A DNA stretch of 64,000 nucleotides from an uncultured Candidatus Binatia bacterium (lineage in GTDB: Bacteria > Desulfobacterota > Binatia > UBA9968 > JAJDTQ01): positions 1,088,001 through 1,152,000 of the forward strand of contig OZ244070.1 of assembly GCA_965215605.1 (NCBI GenBank). The letters run 5' to 3'. A program made the position numbers and the translations under genes. Below, piece after piece: positions 1 to 10,811 of this stretch (the first letter of the stretch is position 1; each line of letters starts with the position of its first letter). The notes below the pieces were generated by a model. That model did no database searches, was not told where the DNA came from, and saw only the letters and a program-made list of their open reading frames with translations.

Positions 1-230
1 CGTTCGTCGAGGCGCTCCAGGAAATGCGTCGGCACGCCGTTGTCCTCCAGGTGCTTGAACAGCACCTCGGAGATGGCGTTGTTGACGATCCCCTTGGACA
101 TGACGGTGCCGAGCTTCTTCTTGTTGAAGGCGCTGGCGTCGTCCTTGAAGAACTGGATCATCTTGGCGGGATCGTCGGTGGCGTAGAGCTTCTTCGCCTT
201 GCCCTCGTACATGAACTCGCGCTTTTCCAT
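1..230 (-). CDS. purC: SAICAR synthase, 5' part (runs off window edge)
   Basis: Manual minus-strand translation MEKREFMYEGKAKKLYATDDP...FKDDASAFNKKK...KGIVNN matches the PurC N-terminus (YEGKAK, FKDDA); GAGGAG RBS; lies downstream of purB. Confidence 0.93.
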   Translation of the reverse strand, partial: MEKREFMYEGKAKKLYATDDPAKMIQFFKDDASAFNKKKLGTVMSKGIVNNAISEVLFKHLEDNGVPTHFLERLDE

Positions 231-287
231 CTTTCTCCTCGTGCGCGTGCGGCCCGGTATTGAATCCGTTCCGGCGAAGCTGCCGCT

Positions 288-1586
288 TCACGCTTCGCCG
301 AACACCCTGTCGAAAATCGTCTCCACGTGCTTGAGACAGTCCTTGAGGTCCCAGATGTCGTCGATCTCTTTCGCCGTCATGTGCTCCATCACCGTCGGGT
401 CTTCCAGCAGCTGCTGCTTGAGGTCCTTCCCCTCCTTGGCGGCCACCAGGCCGTGCCGCTGGACGATCTTGTAGGCCTCGTCCCGGGCCAGCCCCTTCTC
501 CACCAGGCGCAGGAGCACGCCCTGCGAGAACACCGCCCCGCCGCTCAACGCGAGGTTGCGCTCCATGTTCTCGGGATAGACGCAGAGGTTCCGGATCACG
601 TGGGTCATCCGGTGGAGCATGAAATGCACCAGGATGGTGGCGTCCGGACCGATGACCCGTTCCACCGACGAGTGGCTGATGTCCCGCTCGTGCCAGAGGG
701 CCACGTTCTCCAGGGCCGAAATCGAGTAGGAGCGCACCAGCCGCGCCAGTCCGCAGACATTCTCCGTGAGGATCGGGTTGCGCTTGTGCGGCATGGCGGA
801 CGAGCCCATCTGCGTCGCCGCGAACGGCTCCTCGGCTTCGAGCACCTCGGTGCGCTGGAGGTGGCGGATCTCCACCGCGAACTTCTCGATGGAGCTGGCC
901 AGCACGGCCAGGACGCTGAAGAAGTAGGCGTGGCGGTCGCGTTGCACGATCTGGTTCGACACCGGATCCGGGGCGATGCCGGCGGCCTTGCACACGTAGG
1001 CCTCCACCTCCGGCGGAACCTGCGCGTAGGTGCCCACCGCGCCCGAGATGATGCCGCAGCCGACTTCGTCGGCGGCGCCCTCCAGCCGCGCCAGGTTCCG
1101 GCGCATCTCCTCGTGCCACAACGCCATCTTGAGGCCGAAGGTGATGGGCTCCGCGTGGATTCCGTGGGTACGGCCCATCATCGGCGTGTCCTTGTAGCGG
1201 AACGCCTGCTCCCGCAACACCGAGAGAAACTCCCGCGCCGAGTTCAGCAGAAGCTCGCTGGCGTCCTTGAGCTGCAGCGAGAACCCGGTGTCCATGACGT
1301 CCGAGGAGGTCATGCCGACGTGCACGAAACGGGCGTCATCGCCGATGGACTCGGCCAGGCAGCGCAGGAACGCGATCACCTCGTGGTGGACCTCCCGCTC
1401 GATCTCGCGGATCCGGGACACGTCGATGCGGGCGTTTTGCCGGATGCGGGCGGGCGCGTCCTCCGGCACCTTGCCCATGCCGGCAAGGGCTTCCGTGGCG
1501 AGGATCTCGATCTCCAGCCACTTGTCGAAGCGGTTCTCCTCGGACCAGATCCGCGCCATCTCCGGGCGTGTGTAGCGATCGATCAT
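288..1586 (-). CDS. purB: Adenylosuccinate lyase
   Basis: MIDRY start, GMTSSD, GRTHG, GSSAMPHKRNP fumarate-lyase signature, WHERDISHSS. Confidence 0.97.
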   Translation of the reverse strand: MIDRYTRPEMARIWSEENRFDKWLEIEILATEALAGMGKVPEDAPARIRQNARIDVSRIREIEREVHHEVIAFLRCLAESIGDDARFVHVGMTSSDVMDTGFSLQLKDASELLLNSAREFLSVLREQAFRYKDTPMMGRTHGIHAEPITFGLKMALWHEEMRRNLARLEGAADEVGCGIISGAVGTYAQVPPEVEAYVCKAAGIAPDPVSNQIVQRDRHAYFFSVLAVLASSIEKFAVEIRHLQRTEVLEAEEPFAATQMGSSAMPHKRNPILTENVCGLARLVRSYSISALENVALWHERDISHSSVERVIGPDATILVHFMLHRMTHVIRNLCVYPENMERNLALSGGAVFSQGVLLRLVEKGLARDEAYKIVQRHGLVAAKEGKDLKQQLLEDPTVMEHMTAKEIDDIWDLKDCLKHVETIFDRVFGEA

Positions 1587-1604
1587 CTCACGCGTTTTCC
1601 CGTA

Positions 1605-2090
1605 TCATGACGCCGCCGAGTCATCGTCGCCGGCAGCGCCCTTTGCCTGTGCCGCGCCCGTGTGCCCGAAGCCCCCGGCTTCCCGCGCCGAGGCCGGAAG
1701 CTCATCCACTTCGTCCCAGCGCACCCGGGGGACGCGCTGTACCACCATCTGGGCGATCCGGTCGCCGTGACGGATGGTCACGGGCTCCGAGCCCAAGTTG
1801 ATCATAGCCAGTTGCACCTCGCCGCGGTAGTCCGAGTCGATGGTGCCGGGGCTGTTCACCAAGGTCACGCCCTGCTTGAGCGCGAGGCCGCTTCGGGGCC
1901 GGATCTGGGCCTCATAGCCCGCGGGCAACTCCAGCGCGAAACCCGCGGGTATGAGCGTCCGTTCCAGCGGCGCCAGCACCACCGGGTCTTCCACCGCGGC
2001 GGCCAGATCCATGCCCGCCGACCCCTGGGTCATGTAACGGGGCAAGGGGACCTGGCGCACCCGCTTGATCTGGATCTTGACTTCGGCCAT
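1605..2090 (-). CDS. dut: dUTP diphosphatase
   Basis: Motifs AGMDL, RPRSGLA, GTIDSDYRGE, RIAQ, GGFGHTG. Confidence 0.96.
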   Translation of the reverse strand: MAEVKIQIKRVRQVPLPRYMTQGSAGMDLAAAVEDPVVLAPLERTLIPAGFALELPAGYEAQIRPRSGLALKQGVTLVNSPGTIDSDYRGEVQLAMINLGSEPVTIRHGDRIAQMVVQRVPRVRWDEVDELPASAREAGGFGHTGAAQAKGAAGDDDSAAS

Positions 2091-2119
2091 GGGCTCAGAC
2101 AGGCCGCGGCATGGAGTTG

Positions 2120-2160
2120 CCCCATCCGGCCTTCGGGCGCCCTCTCCCGACAGGAGAGGG
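2120..2160. repeat. REP-like intergenic palindromic element (CCCCATCCGGCCTTCGG...CCCTCTCC..GGAGAGGG)
   Basis: CCCTCTCC/GGAGAGGG hairpin preceded by CATCCGGCCTTCGG, a pattern common in GC-rich proteobacteria; single copy in this window. Confidence 0.45.
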
Positions 2161-2166
2161 GTTGTT

Positions 2167-3453
2167 TCAGTGGTTGACGCCGGCAGCCGCCGGAACGGCC
2201 GTGCCCAACGATAGCCCGTCGACGCTGTGCCCCTCGAGGTCGCCCAGCAAGGTGGCGGTCATGGTTTCGGGCAGGAAGAACTCGCGCGCAAGGGCGGTGA
2301 CGGCGTCAAGGGTGACGTCACGGACGCCTTGGGCGATCTCCTCCACCGGGACCTGCCGGCCGTAGTGCATCTCGCCGCGGGTCATGTGGCTCATCCACGA
2401 ATCCGCGGACTCCAGGCCCAGCAGGGTATTTCCCACGAGCTGGCTCCGGGCCCGGTCGAGCTCTTCCCCGGTCACCTTCCCCTCGGCGATCTTGGACATT
2501 TCCTCGACGGCGACCTCGATGACCTCCCGGGTCCATTCCGCCTTGGTGCCGACGTAGACGCCCAGATAGCCCGCCTCGCGGTACGCCGACAGAAAAGAAT
2601 AGACCGAGTAGGCCTTGCCGCGCCGCTCGCGTATTTCCTGGAAGAGCCGCGAACTCATGCCCCCGCCCAGAACCGTGTTGAGCACGTGCGCCACGTAGTG
2701 CCTTGGGTCGCCGTGGGCCAGCGCCGGCGCGCCCAGACAGACGTGCACCTGCCCGAGCTCCCGGTGGTGGACGGACACGCCGCGGCCGATCTCCGGAGGC
2801 GCGCCGGTATTCTCCAACCGCCGGCGAGGCAGAGCGCCGAACTCTCCGGCCACCGCGTCCACCAACCTGGCATGGGTCAGATTGCCCGCGCCGGCGATGA
2901 TGACACGGCCCGGAAGATAGCGGTCGGCCACGAACCCCATCAAGTCGTCCCGGGCGAACCCGGAGACCGTATCCGCCTCGCCGCAGACCGGCCGGCCCAG
3001 CGGATGATCGCCGAAGTAGTCGCGGCTGAAAAGGTCGTGGACGAAGTCCTCGGGATTCTCGTCCGCCGAGGCGATCTCCTGCAGGATCACGTTGCGCTCG
3101 CGCTCGATCTCGTCCGGGTCGAATACGGAGTTGAGGAAGATGTCCTTGAGGACATCAACGGCCAGCGGCAGGTGCTCGTCCAGCACCTTGGCGTAGTAGC
3201 AGGTGGACTCCTTGCCGGTGAAGGCGTTGATCACGCCGCCGACGGAGTCCATCTCCTCCGCGATCCGTTGCGCGCTGCGCGTCCCGGTTCCCTTGAAGAG
3301 GAGGTGCTCGACGAAGTGGGAGATTCCTCCCTGCCGGCGCTCCTCGTGACGGGACCCGTTCTCCACCCAGATGCCGAGGCTCACGGCGCGGGTGCCGGGC
3401 CGCTGTTCCGTCAGGATTCGGGTGCCGTTGTCCAGCAGAGTCTTTTCGAACAT
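2167..3453 (-). CDS. M16 family (pitrilysin-like) zinc peptidase
   Basis: HFVEHLLFKGT inverted zincin motif, NAFT, GGGMSSRLFQEIRE; conserved position downstream of pnp. Confidence 0.93.
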   Translation of the reverse strand: MFEKTLLDNGTRILTEQRPGTRAVSLGIWVENGSRHEERRQGGISHFVEHLLFKGTGTRSAQRIAEEMDSVGGVINAFTGKESTCYYAKVLDEHLPLAVDVLKDIFLNSVFDPDEIERERNVILQEIASADENPEDFVHDLFSRDYFGDHPLGRPVCGEADTVSGFARDDLMGFVADRYLPGRVIIAGAGNLTHARLVDAVAGEFGALPRRRLENTGAPPEIGRGVSVHHRELGQVHVCLGAPALAHGDPRHYVAHVLNTVLGGGMSSRLFQEIRERRGKAYSVYSFLSAYREAGYLGVYVGTKAEWTREVIEVAVEEMSKIAEGKVTGEELDRARSQLVGNTLLGLESADSWMSHMTRGEMHYGRQVPVEEIAQGVRDVTLDAVTALAREFFLPETMTATLLGDLEGHSVDGLSLGTAVPAAAGVNH

Positions 3454-3472
3454 CGTGGAGAATATGGACCTG

Positions 3473-5563
3473 TCAGGATGCCTGTTCTTCCTTGAGGGCC
3501 TCTTTGCGGCTGAGCCTGATCTTTCCCTGCCGGTCCACGTCCAGGACCTTCACCATCAACTCGTCGCCCTCGTTGAGCACGTCCCTGACTTGGCGGACGT
3601 GGTCGTCGGCGATCTGCGAAATGTGCACCAGTCCGTCCGTGCCCGGGAGGATCTCGACGAACGCGCCGAAGTCCATCACGCGCCGGACCGTTCCCTTGTA
3701 GATCCTGCCGATCTCCACCTCGGCCACGATGCCCTCGATCATGTCGAGGGCTTGGCGGCTGCCCGCCTCGTCGACGGACGCCACCGTGACGGTGCCGTCG
3801 TCCTGCACGTCGATCTTGGTGCCGGTGGCTTCGACGATGCCGCGGATGACCTTGCCTCCCGGTCCGATGATGTCGCGGATCTTTTCCGGCCGGACCTTGA
3901 TGGTGGTGATCCGCGGCGCGTGCTGTGAGACCTCCTCGCGGTTCTCCGCCAAGGTGCCGTCCATGATCTCCAGGATATGCAGGCGGCCTTCCCGGGCCTG
4001 ATACAGGGCCTCCGTCATGATCTCGCGGGTAACGCCGCCAATCTTGATGTCCATCTGCAGCGCGGTGATCCCGTCGCGGGTTCCGGCCACCTTGAAGTCC
4101 ATGTCGCCCAGATGATCCTCATCGCCGAGGATGTCGGTCAGCACCCGCACCTCGTCGCCGTCCATGATCAGGCCCATGGCGATGCCCGCCACCGGGGCCT
4201 TGATGGGCACGCCGGCATCCATCAGCGACAGGGAGCCGCCGCAGACGCTGGCCATGGACGATGATCCGTTGGATGCCAGGATCTCCGAAACCACGCGCAG
4301 GGTGTAAGGGAAATCATCCGCCGCGGGCAGCACCGCCGCCAGCGCCCGCTCAGCCAGGGCCCCGTGGCCGATCTCCCGCCGGCCCGGGCTGCGGAGGAAC
4401 TTGACCTCGCCGGTGCTGAAGGGAGGGAAGTTGTAGTGCAGCATGAACTTCTTGAACTGCTCGCCGGTGAGCGCGTCGACGCGCTGGGCGTCCGCGGCCG
4501 TGCCGAGAGTCGCCACCACCAGCGCCTGGGTCTCGCCTCGGGTGAAAAGCGCCGACCCGTGGGTCCGCGGCAGCAGGCCCACCTCACAGGTGATGGGGCG
4601 GACATCCTTGAGCCCGCGTCCGTCGATGCGCTTGCGCTGCTGCAGCACCAAGTCCCGGAGCTGGAACTTCTCCAGGTCGCGGAACGCGCCCTTGAGCTCC
4701 TTCTCGCGTCCGGGGAACTCTTCCGAACCCGTGGTCATGACCTCGTTTCCCACCTCGTCGAGGCCGGCGTTGCGCTGCTTCTTGTCGGCGATGCACACCG
4801 CCTCCTTGACCTTCTCCTCGGCGAGGTTCTTCACCCAGGCGGTCAGCGCCTCGTCCTTCCGCTCCGGAGGCGGCACCCGCTTGGGCTTGCCGAGCTGCTC
4901 CTGGAGTTTCTGCTGCAGGTCGATGAGCGGCTGGATCGCCTGGTGCCCCTGGAAAAGCGCGTCGAGCACGTCCTCTTCGGGGGCCATCGATGCGCCGCCT
5001 TCCACCATGACGATGCCGTCCCGGGTGCCCGAGAGGAAGATGTTGACATCGCACCGCGCAATCTCGCTCACGAGCGGATTCATGACCCACTCGCCGTTGA
5101 TCCTGCCCACGCGAATCCCCGCCAGCGGCCCCTGGAAGGGGATGTCGGATATCTGCAGCGCTACCGAGGCGGCGAGCATGGACACGGCGTCGGTGTCGTT
5201 CTCGCCATCCGCGGAGAGCACGGTGATGATGACCTGCGTCTCGGCCTTGAGCCCGCCCGCGAACAGCGGACGGATGGAGCGGTCGATCAGCCGGCAGTTG
5301 AGGATCTCCTTCTCCGAAGGGCGGCCTTCACGCTTGAAGAACCCGCCGGGAATGCGGCCGGCGGCGAACGTCTTTTCCTGGTAGTCGACGGTCAGCGGAA
5401 AGAAGTCGATGTCTTCCCGGACGTCCTTGGAAGCCACGGCGGTCGCCAGGACCACGGTCTCGCCGAAGCCCACCAGCGCGGCGCCGTCAGCCTGCGCGGC
5501 GGCCTTGCCCAGGTCGATGCATAGAGCTCGGCCGCAATAATCCAACTCGATCTTTGTGTGCAT
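3473..5563 (-). CDS. pnp: Polyribonucleotide nucleotidyltransferase (PNPase)
   Basis: [48 protein letters not shown] and S1 domains; start placed at MHTKIEL (GAGGGG RBS). Confidence 0.97.
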   Translation of the reverse strand: MHTKIELDYCGRALCIDLGKAAAQADGAALVGFGETVVLATAVASKDVREDIDFFPLTVDYQEKTFAAGRIPGGFFKREGRPSEKEILNCRLIDRSIRPLFAGGLKAETQVIITVLSADGENDTDAVSMLAASVALQISDIPFQGPLAGIRVGRINGEWVMNPLVSEIARCDVNIFLSGTRDGIVMVEGGASMAPEEDVLDALFQGHQAIQPLIDLQQKLQEQLGKPKRVPPPERKDEALTAWVKNLAEEKVKEAVCIADKKQRNAGLDEVGNEVMTTGSEEFPGREKELKGAFRDLEKFQLRDLVLQQRKRIDGRGLKDVRPITCEVGLLPRTHGSALFTRGETQALVVATLGTAADAQRVDALTGEQFKKFMLHYNFPPFSTGEVKFLRSPGRREIGHGALAERALAAVLPAADDFPYTLRVVSEILASNGSSSMASVCGGSLSLMDAGVPIKAPVAGIAMGLIMDGDEVRVLTDILGDEDHLGDMDFKVAGTRDGITALQMDIKIGGVTREIMTEALYQAREGRLHILEIMDGTLAENREEVSQHAPRITTIKVRPEKIRDIIGPGGKVIRGIVEATGTKIDVQDDGTVTVASVDEAGSRQALDMIEGIVAEVEIGRIYKGTVRRVMDFGAFVEILPGTDGLVHISQIADDHVRQVRDVLNEGDELMVKVLDVDRQGKIRLSRKEALKEEQAS

Positions 5564-5631
5564 ATGTATCCCCTCAAGGGTAGTGGGGGCTGAAGAGAAG
5601 AACGCGGGAAGGGCAACCAACGGCCGGGTAT

Positions 5632-5901
5632 CTATCGGCGGATACCCAACCGCTGGATCAAGGTCTGATACCTTCGAACATCCGTCTTCTTGAGGTAGTC
5701 CAGAAGCCGCCGCCTCTTGCCGACGAGCCTGAGCAGGCCCATCCGCGTGTGATGGTCCTTCTTGTGAGTCCTCAGATGCTCTGTCAGGTAAACGATGCGG
5801 TGGCTGTGAATCGCGACCTGCACCTCAGGCGAACCGGTGTCGGTGTCGTGGAGTCTGAAATTCCTGATCGTCTCGCTGGTCTGCTCCCTAGCTGATTCCA
5901 T
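5632..5901 (-). CDS. rpsO: 30S ribosomal protein S15
   Basis: [28 protein letters not shown]. Confidence 0.97.
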   Translation of the reverse strand: MESAREQTSETIRNFRLHDTDTGSPEVQVAIHSHRIVYLTEHLRTHKKDHHTRMGLLRLVGKRRRLLDYLKKTDVRRYQTLIQRLGIRR

Positions 5902-5996
5902 CTGTACCCTTTTCTTTCTCCTGTTTTCTTTTATTTCAAATGGTTTCTAGCATACCTGCCGCGTCCCTGTAAACCTGCCGGCACGGCCCATCGGGG

Positions 5997-6893
5997 TCAC
6001 CGCGAAGGGTTCAGGACCCGAAGGAGCTGCCAGGCCCTTACGACCTTCTCCCAGCCTATGAGCGCCACCAGCTCCCCGTCCCGGTCCACCACCCGCCGGG
6101 TGGTCTCGCCGGCAACGGGCTCGGCGACGCCGGCCAGGGCGTCCTGGATGCCCCGGCGCAGCCGCTCCACCGCCTCGGGGCCGAAGACCGCGCCCTGGAG
6201 ATGTCCCAGCGCCCGGTTCAACGACACCAGCGGCAGATCCGGAGCCTCCCGAAGGTCTTCGAGGGTCACGGCGCCGGCGATCCCGAAGGGTCCCGACGCC
6301 ACCCTGCGAAGCCGGCTCAGGTGCGCCCCGCAGCCCAGGAACGCGCCGATGTCCGCCGCCAGGGTCCTCACGTAGGTCCCCTTGGAACAAGTCATCTCGA
6401 ACTCCAACTCGCCGCGGCCAACCTGCTCCAGCCGGATCAGGTCCACCCGAATGGCGCGGGACTCCCGGCCCACCTCCATCCCCTTGCGGGCCAGTTCGTA
6501 GAGCCGGGTCCCCGCCTGCTTCAGCGCCGAGTACATGGGCGGCACCTGATTCAGGCTACCGCTGAACTCCCGGCGCAGGGCGTCGAGCTCCGCCGCGCCG
6601 AGGAGGGGCGCATCGCGCCGGCACAGCACCGTCCCGGTGCGATCCTGCGTGTCGGTCTCCGTTCCCAGCGCGATCGCGCCGGTGTATCCCTTGTCGGCGT
6701 CCAGGAAGTGTTGCGCGACCTTGGTGCCCTCGTTCACCGCCAGCGGCAGGAGACCCGAGGCGAACGGGTCCAGGGTGCCGAGGTGGCCGACCTTCGGGGC
6801 TCCGATGATCCGCTTCACGGCGGCGACCACCCGCGCCGAGGACGGACCCTCGGGCTTGTCCACCAGCAGGATGCCGCTCCTTGAAGAGTGCAT
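5997..6893 (-). CDS. truB: tRNA pseudouridine(55) synthase
   Basis: KVGHLGTLDPFASG, QVPPMYSALK, CSKGTYVRTL; start uncertain (6893 or 6905). Confidence 0.95.
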   Translation of the reverse strand: MHSSRSGILLVDKPEGPSSARVVAAVKRIIGAPKVGHLGTLDPFASGLLPLAVNEGTKVAQHFLDADKGYTGAIALGTETDTQDRTGTVLCRRDAPLLGAAELDALRREFSGSLNQVPPMYSALKQAGTRLYELARKGMEVGRESRAIRVDLIRLEQVGRGELEFEMTCSKGTYVRTLAADIGAFLGCGAHLSRLRRVASGPFGIAGAVTLEDLREAPDLPLVSLNRALGHLQGAVFGPEAVERLRRGIQDALAGVAEPVAGETTRRVVDRDGELVALIGWEKVVRAWQLLRVLNPSR

Positions 6894-6901
6894 GACCCGC
6901 C

Positions 6902-7276
6902 TCACACCTTCGGCCGGACCGACCTGAGGAGGTCCTCGATGCGCCGGGCCTGGTCGGGAGCCTCGTCGTGGACGAACTCGAGGGCGGGGACGAAGCGCAG
7001 CTTGAGCTCCGCGGCGATGCGGCCGCGGATGAAGCCCGTGGCGCCGCGCAGGCCCGACAGCGCGTCGTCCTTGGCGGATACGCCGTCCCTCACGGTGAAG
7101 TAGATGCTGGCATGCTTGAGGTCGGGCCTGACGTCCACTCCCGTCAGCGTCACCGAACGAAGGCGCGGATCATTGAGCGAACGCGCCAGCAGACGGGAGA
7201 CGAACTCGATCAACAAGTCGCCGACCCGTTGCGAGCGCGAGATGTCCGTTTTTTGCCGATTCCTCATGTATTCCAA
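6902..7276 (-). CDS. rbfA: Ribosome-binding factor A
   Basis: RSQRV, DPRL, DLKHA, LRFVPALEF; operon position. Confidence 0.93.
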   Translation of the reverse strand: MEYMRNRQKTDISRSQRVGDLLIEFVSRLLARSLNDPRLRSVTLTGVDVRPDLKHASIYFTVRDGVSAKDDALSGLRGATGFIRGRIAAELKLRFVPALEFVHDEAPDQARRIEDLLRSVRPKV

Positions 7277-7298
7277 TGTCCCGCCGACCGCTCAAAAC

Positions 7299-7364
7299 GT
7301 CATTCCCGCGGAAGCAGGAATGACTGAAGGAGGTGCGGGAATGACGGATAGACGCGGGAATGAC
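7299..7364. repeat. GTCATTCCCGC-family REP-like palindrome followed by two tandem GCGGGAATGAC half-sites
   Basis: GTCATTCCCGCGGAAGCAGGAATGAC (7299-7324), then GCGGGAATGAC at 7335 and 7354; related copies at 28477, 39249 and 57687. Confidence 0.8.
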
Positions 7365-7382
7365 ATCGTCAGGCGCCGGAGC

Positions 7383-7670
7383 CTACTCGTGCAGGATCCG
7401 GATGTCCGACTCGCCGAGCTCGGCCAGGCCCATCCGGTCCACGAATTCGACCACCTGCCGAAGCGTGGCTTCGACGATCCTGGCGTTGCTGCCGACGACG
7501 CCGAACCCCAACAGCGCCCGCTGCCAGAGTTCCTGGTCGCCGCACTCCGTTACCGAGATGTTGAACTTGCCGGAAACCCGGGACTGGATCCTGCGCAGGA
7601 CCGATCTTTTCCCCTTGAGGGAGTGATTCTCCGGCAGGATCAAGGCGATCTTGAGAACGCCGACCACCAT
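7383..7670 (-). CDS. DUF503 (YlxP) family protein
   Basis: HSLKGKRSV, FNISVTE, DQELWQ; conserved position between infB and rbfA. Confidence 0.9.
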   Translation of the reverse strand: MVVGVLKIALILPENHSLKGKRSVLRRIQSRVSGKFNISVTECGDQELWQRALLGFGVVGSNARIVEATLRQVVEFVDRMGLAELGESDIRILHE

Positions 7671-7681
7671 GTGGGTACCGT

Positions 7682-7720
7682 CCTTCGACTTCGCCCCGCT
7701 CCACCAGCGAAGTCAAAGGG
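7682..7720. repeat. Intergenic hairpin (REP-like)
   Basis: CCTTCGACTTCGC ... GCGAAGTCAAAGG inverted repeat between infB and DUF503. Confidence 0.45.
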
Positions 7721-7731
7721 AGCCTGAAGGG

Positions 7732-10542
7732 CTACCGGTCCGCCGAGAGCTGCGCCCCGCCGCCGTCCATGCGCGCCTGGGCACGGGTGATGGGGACCTT
7801 CTCGAAACCCTCGATGACGTCGCCCACCTTGACGTCCTGATACCCGTCGATGGCGATGCCGCACTCGTAGCCCGTGCCCACCTCGCGCACGTCGTCCTTG
7901 AACCGCTTCAGGCTGGCGAGCTTGCCCTCGTGCACCACCACCTGATCCCGCAAGAGGCGTACCATGCTCGAACGCAGTATCTTGCCGTCGGTGACCGAGC
8001 AGCCTGCGATGGTGCCCACGCCGCGGATGTTGAAGACCTCGCGGACCTGAATCCGGGCGTGGAACTCCTCGCGGAAAACGGGATCGAGCATCCCCTCCAT
8101 GGCGGAGCGGATGTCATCGATCACCTCGTAGATGATGGTGTAGAGGCGCACGTCCACGCCCTGCTGCGCCGACAGGCTCATGGCCTTGGGCTCGGGACGG
8201 ACGTTGAAGCCGATGACGATGGCGTTGGACGCGCTCGCCAGCAGCACGTCGCTCTCGGTAATGCCGCCCACCGAGCCGTGGATCACACGGATCTTCACCT
8301 CCTCGGTGGAAATTCGGGTCACGGCCTCGCCCAGGGCCTCCACGGAGCCGTGCACGTCGCCCTTGACGACCACACGCAACTCCTTGACTTCGTTGGCCTT
8401 GATCTGGTCGTAGAACTCTTCCAGGGAGACCTTGCTGGTCTTCGCCAGCTCCGCCTCGCGCTGCTGGGTCTCGCGGTACTCGGCGAAATGCCTTGCCGTC
8501 CCCTCATCGGTCAGCGCGGAGAACGCTTCACCGGCCTGCGGCGCCCCCTGCAGCCCGAGGATCTCCACGGGTATGGACGGCGTCGCCTGGTCGACCTTGC
8601 GGCCCTGATCGTCGATCATCGCCCTTACGCGGCCGTGATAAGGGCCGGCAAACAACGGATCGCCCACCTTCAACGTGCCCTCCTGCACGAGCACGGTGGA
8701 AACCGGACCGCGGCCCCGCTCCAGCTTGGCCTCCACCACCACGCCGCGGGCCAGTTTATTGGGGTTGGCCTTGAACTCCAGCAGGTCCGCCTGAAGCAAC
8801 AGCATCTCCATCAGGTTGGGCAGCCCCTCGCGGGTCACGGCCGACACCGGAACGAAGATCGTGTCGCCGCCCCACGCCTCGGGCACCAGACCGTGGTCGG
8901 CCAGGCCGCGCTGGACCCGGTCCGGATCCGCGTCGGGGCGGTCGATCTTGTTCACGGCCACGATGATGGGGACCTCCGCCGCCCGGGCGTGGTCCACGGC
9001 CTCGATGGTCTGCGGCATCACGCCGTCATCCGCCGCCACCACCAGCACCACGATATCGGTGACCTTCGCGCCCCGGGCGCGCATGGCGGTGAAGGCCTCA
9101 TGACCGGGGGTATCGAGAAAGGTCACACCCCGCCCGTCCAGCCCGACGTGGTAGGCGCCGATGTGCTGGGTAATGCCGCCCGCCTCCGCGTCGGTGACGT
9201 GGGTGCTGCGGATGGCGTCCAGCAGCGACGTCTTGCCGTGGTCCACATGGCCCATGATGGTGACCACCGGGGGCCTCGGCTCCAGGGCCTCCTTCGGATC
9301 GATGACCTCGTGCTGATCCTGGAGCGCGGTTTCGACGTCGAAGGCCACGTTCTCCACCTGGTAGTCGAACTCGTTGGCCACCAGGGTCGCGGTGTCGTAG
9401 TCCAGTACCTGGTTGATGGTGGCCATCATGCCGAGGCCCATGAGCTTCTTGATGACCTCGCCCGCCTTGATGCCCATGGACTTGGCCATGTCGCCCACGG
9501 TGATGACCTCTGCCATCCGCACCATCCGCTTGCTGGCCTTGGGCACCGTGATCTCGGTCTTCTTCTGTTCCTTGCCGGGCAAGGCGCGCTTTTTCCGCAG
9601 CACCCGGCCGCGCGGAGAACGGAACTCGCGCTCCTTGAGCTCGATGACCTCCTGCTTCCGGATGACCCGCTTCTTCCCCTTGCCCCCCTTGCCTGTCTTG
9701 TCCTGTCCGTCGGCTACGGCCGGCTGCCCGCCGGGGCGCGCCGCCCGTTCTCCGGCGGCCGCGGCCGTCTTTGCCGGCGCGGGTGTCTTTGCCGGCGCGG
9801 GTGTCGCCTTCCGGTTCAGATCGATGCGGCCGAGGATTCGCGGACCGGCGGGCCGGGGCGCCGGGTCGGCGGCCGCGCCATTGGCCGCGTCCGCGGCGGG
9901 CTGTGCCGGCTCGGCCCCTTCCGCCGGTAGCGGGGCCACGGCGTCATCCGCGCGGAGTCCCGCCGCTTCCTCCAGAGGACTGCCCGCGTCCGGCTCCGCC
10001 GGCGGGGTGTCCACCGGCTCGAACTCGGGGCTCTCGGGCGCGGACGCGCCGCCTTCGGCTTCCTGCGCGGCGGCTTCCTCCGCCGGGGTTTCCTGTCCCG
10101 GCGTCTCCGCGGGCGCACCTTCCTGGAGCGCGGTTTCGCGGGCCGCGGCCTCCTGGGCCTCCAACTCCTCGGCCTCCGGTTCCGGCTCCTCCGGCGCCAC
10201 GGGGTGAATGGGCTTGCGGGTGAGCAACTCGACCGTGCTCCGGCGGCGCCGGATGACGTTGGCCTGGACGCGCCGTTCCACCACCTTCTCGTGCGCCTGC
10301 ACCTCGCCCATTTCCTCGTCTTCGGCGGTGATCGTGCGATCGACGACGACCCGTTCTTCGCCAACCGTGACCTTCGGCTTCTCCATGGCGGCAATCGCCG
10401 CCTTGACCGCCTCGATTTCGGACTCGTCGAGGGAGCTCTGCGGCTTCTTGCCACGGACCCGGATCTTCTCGAGTTGGGCGATGAGATCCTTGGGCTCGAT
10501 GTCGAGCTGTTTGGCCAGTTGATGCACTCTCACTTTGGTCAT
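7732..10542 (-). CDS. infB: Translation initiation factor IF-2
   Basis: Start [11 protein letters not shown] (IF2_N), [33 protein letters not shown]. Confidence 0.97.
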   Translation of the reverse strand: MTKVRVHQLAKQLDIEPKDLIAQLEKIRVRGKKPQSSLDESEIEAVKAAIAAMEKPKVTVGEERVVVDRTITAEDEEMGEVQAHEKVVERRVQANVIRRRRSTVELLTRKPIHPVAPEEPEPEAEELEAQEAAARETALQEGAPAETPGQETPAEEAAAQEAEGGASAPESPEFEPVDTPPAEPDAGSPLEEAAGLRADDAVAPLPAEGAEPAQPAADAANGAAADPAPRPAGPRILGRIDLNRKATPAPAKTPAPAKTAAAAGERAARPGGQPAVADGQDKTGKGGKGKKRVIRKQEVIELKEREFRSPRGRVLRKKRALPGKEQKKTEITVPKASKRMVRMAEVITVGDMAKSMGIKAGEVIKKLMGLGMMATINQVLDYDTATLVANEFDYQVENVAFDVETALQDQHEVIDPKEALEPRPPVVTIMGHVDHGKTSLLDAIRSTHVTDAEAGGITQHIGAYHVGLDGRGVTFLDTPGHEAFTAMRARGAKVTDIVVLVVAADDGVMPQTIEAVDHARAAEVPIIVAVNKIDRPDADPDRVQRGLADHGLVPEAWGGDTIFVPVSAVTREGLPNLMEMLLLQADLLEFKANPNKLARGVVVEAKLERGRGPVSTVLVQEGTLKVGDPLFAGPYHGRVRAMIDDQGRKVDQATPSIPVEILGLQGAPQAGEAFSALTDEGTARHFAEYRETQQREAELAKTSKVSLEEFYDQIKANEVKELRVVVKGDVHGSVEALGEAVTRISTEEVKIRVIHGSVGGITESDVLLASASNAIVIGFNVRPEPKAMSLSAQQGVDVRLYTIIYEVIDDIRSAMEGMLDPVFREEFHARIQVREVFNIRGVGTIAGCSVTDGKILRSSMVRLLRDQVVVHEGKLASLKRFKDDVREVGTGYECGIAIDGYQDVKVGDVIEGFEKVPITRAQARMDGGGAQLSADR

Positions 10543-10802
10543 TTCCCACTCCGTTGAGCGCCAAGCTTTGCCAACAGGCCCTCGCGATCCTTGCGGGGCA
10601 GATCGCGGCGAAAGGCCCGGTACAGGCTCTTCCTCTTCAGGAAAGCTCGCCGGCAATCCTCGCTGTCATGCAGATAGCCTCCTCGTCCGCTGTGCTCTTC
10701 GGGCTGCAAGCCTTCCTCCGTGATCGCCACTCGCCGCAGAACGGACTTCAGGTCACGCTGACCGCAACCCATGCAGGTCCGTAAGGGCGAACGGCCGCTC
10801 AT
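10539..10802 (-). CDS. ylxR: YlxR/DUF448 RNA-binding protein
   Basis: [16 protein letters not shown]...C; lies between nusA and infB. Confidence 0.88.
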   Translation of the reverse strand: MSGRSPLRTCMGCGQRDLKSVLRRVAITEEGLQPEEHSGRGGYLHDSEDCRRAFLKRKSLYRAFRRDLPRKDREGLLAKLGAQRSGK

Positions 10803-10811
10803 TCCGCCGCT

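Noticed and set aside
7299-7364. Three GGAATGAC-containing units resembling a mini CRISPR array
   Set aside because: Units of about 11 nt with spacers of about 8-10 nt are too short, there are no cas genes, and the motif matches the dispersed REP family
9769-9805. 18-bp tandem duplication in infB (PAPAKT x2)
   Set aside because: Ordinary low-complexity IF-2 N-terminal linker
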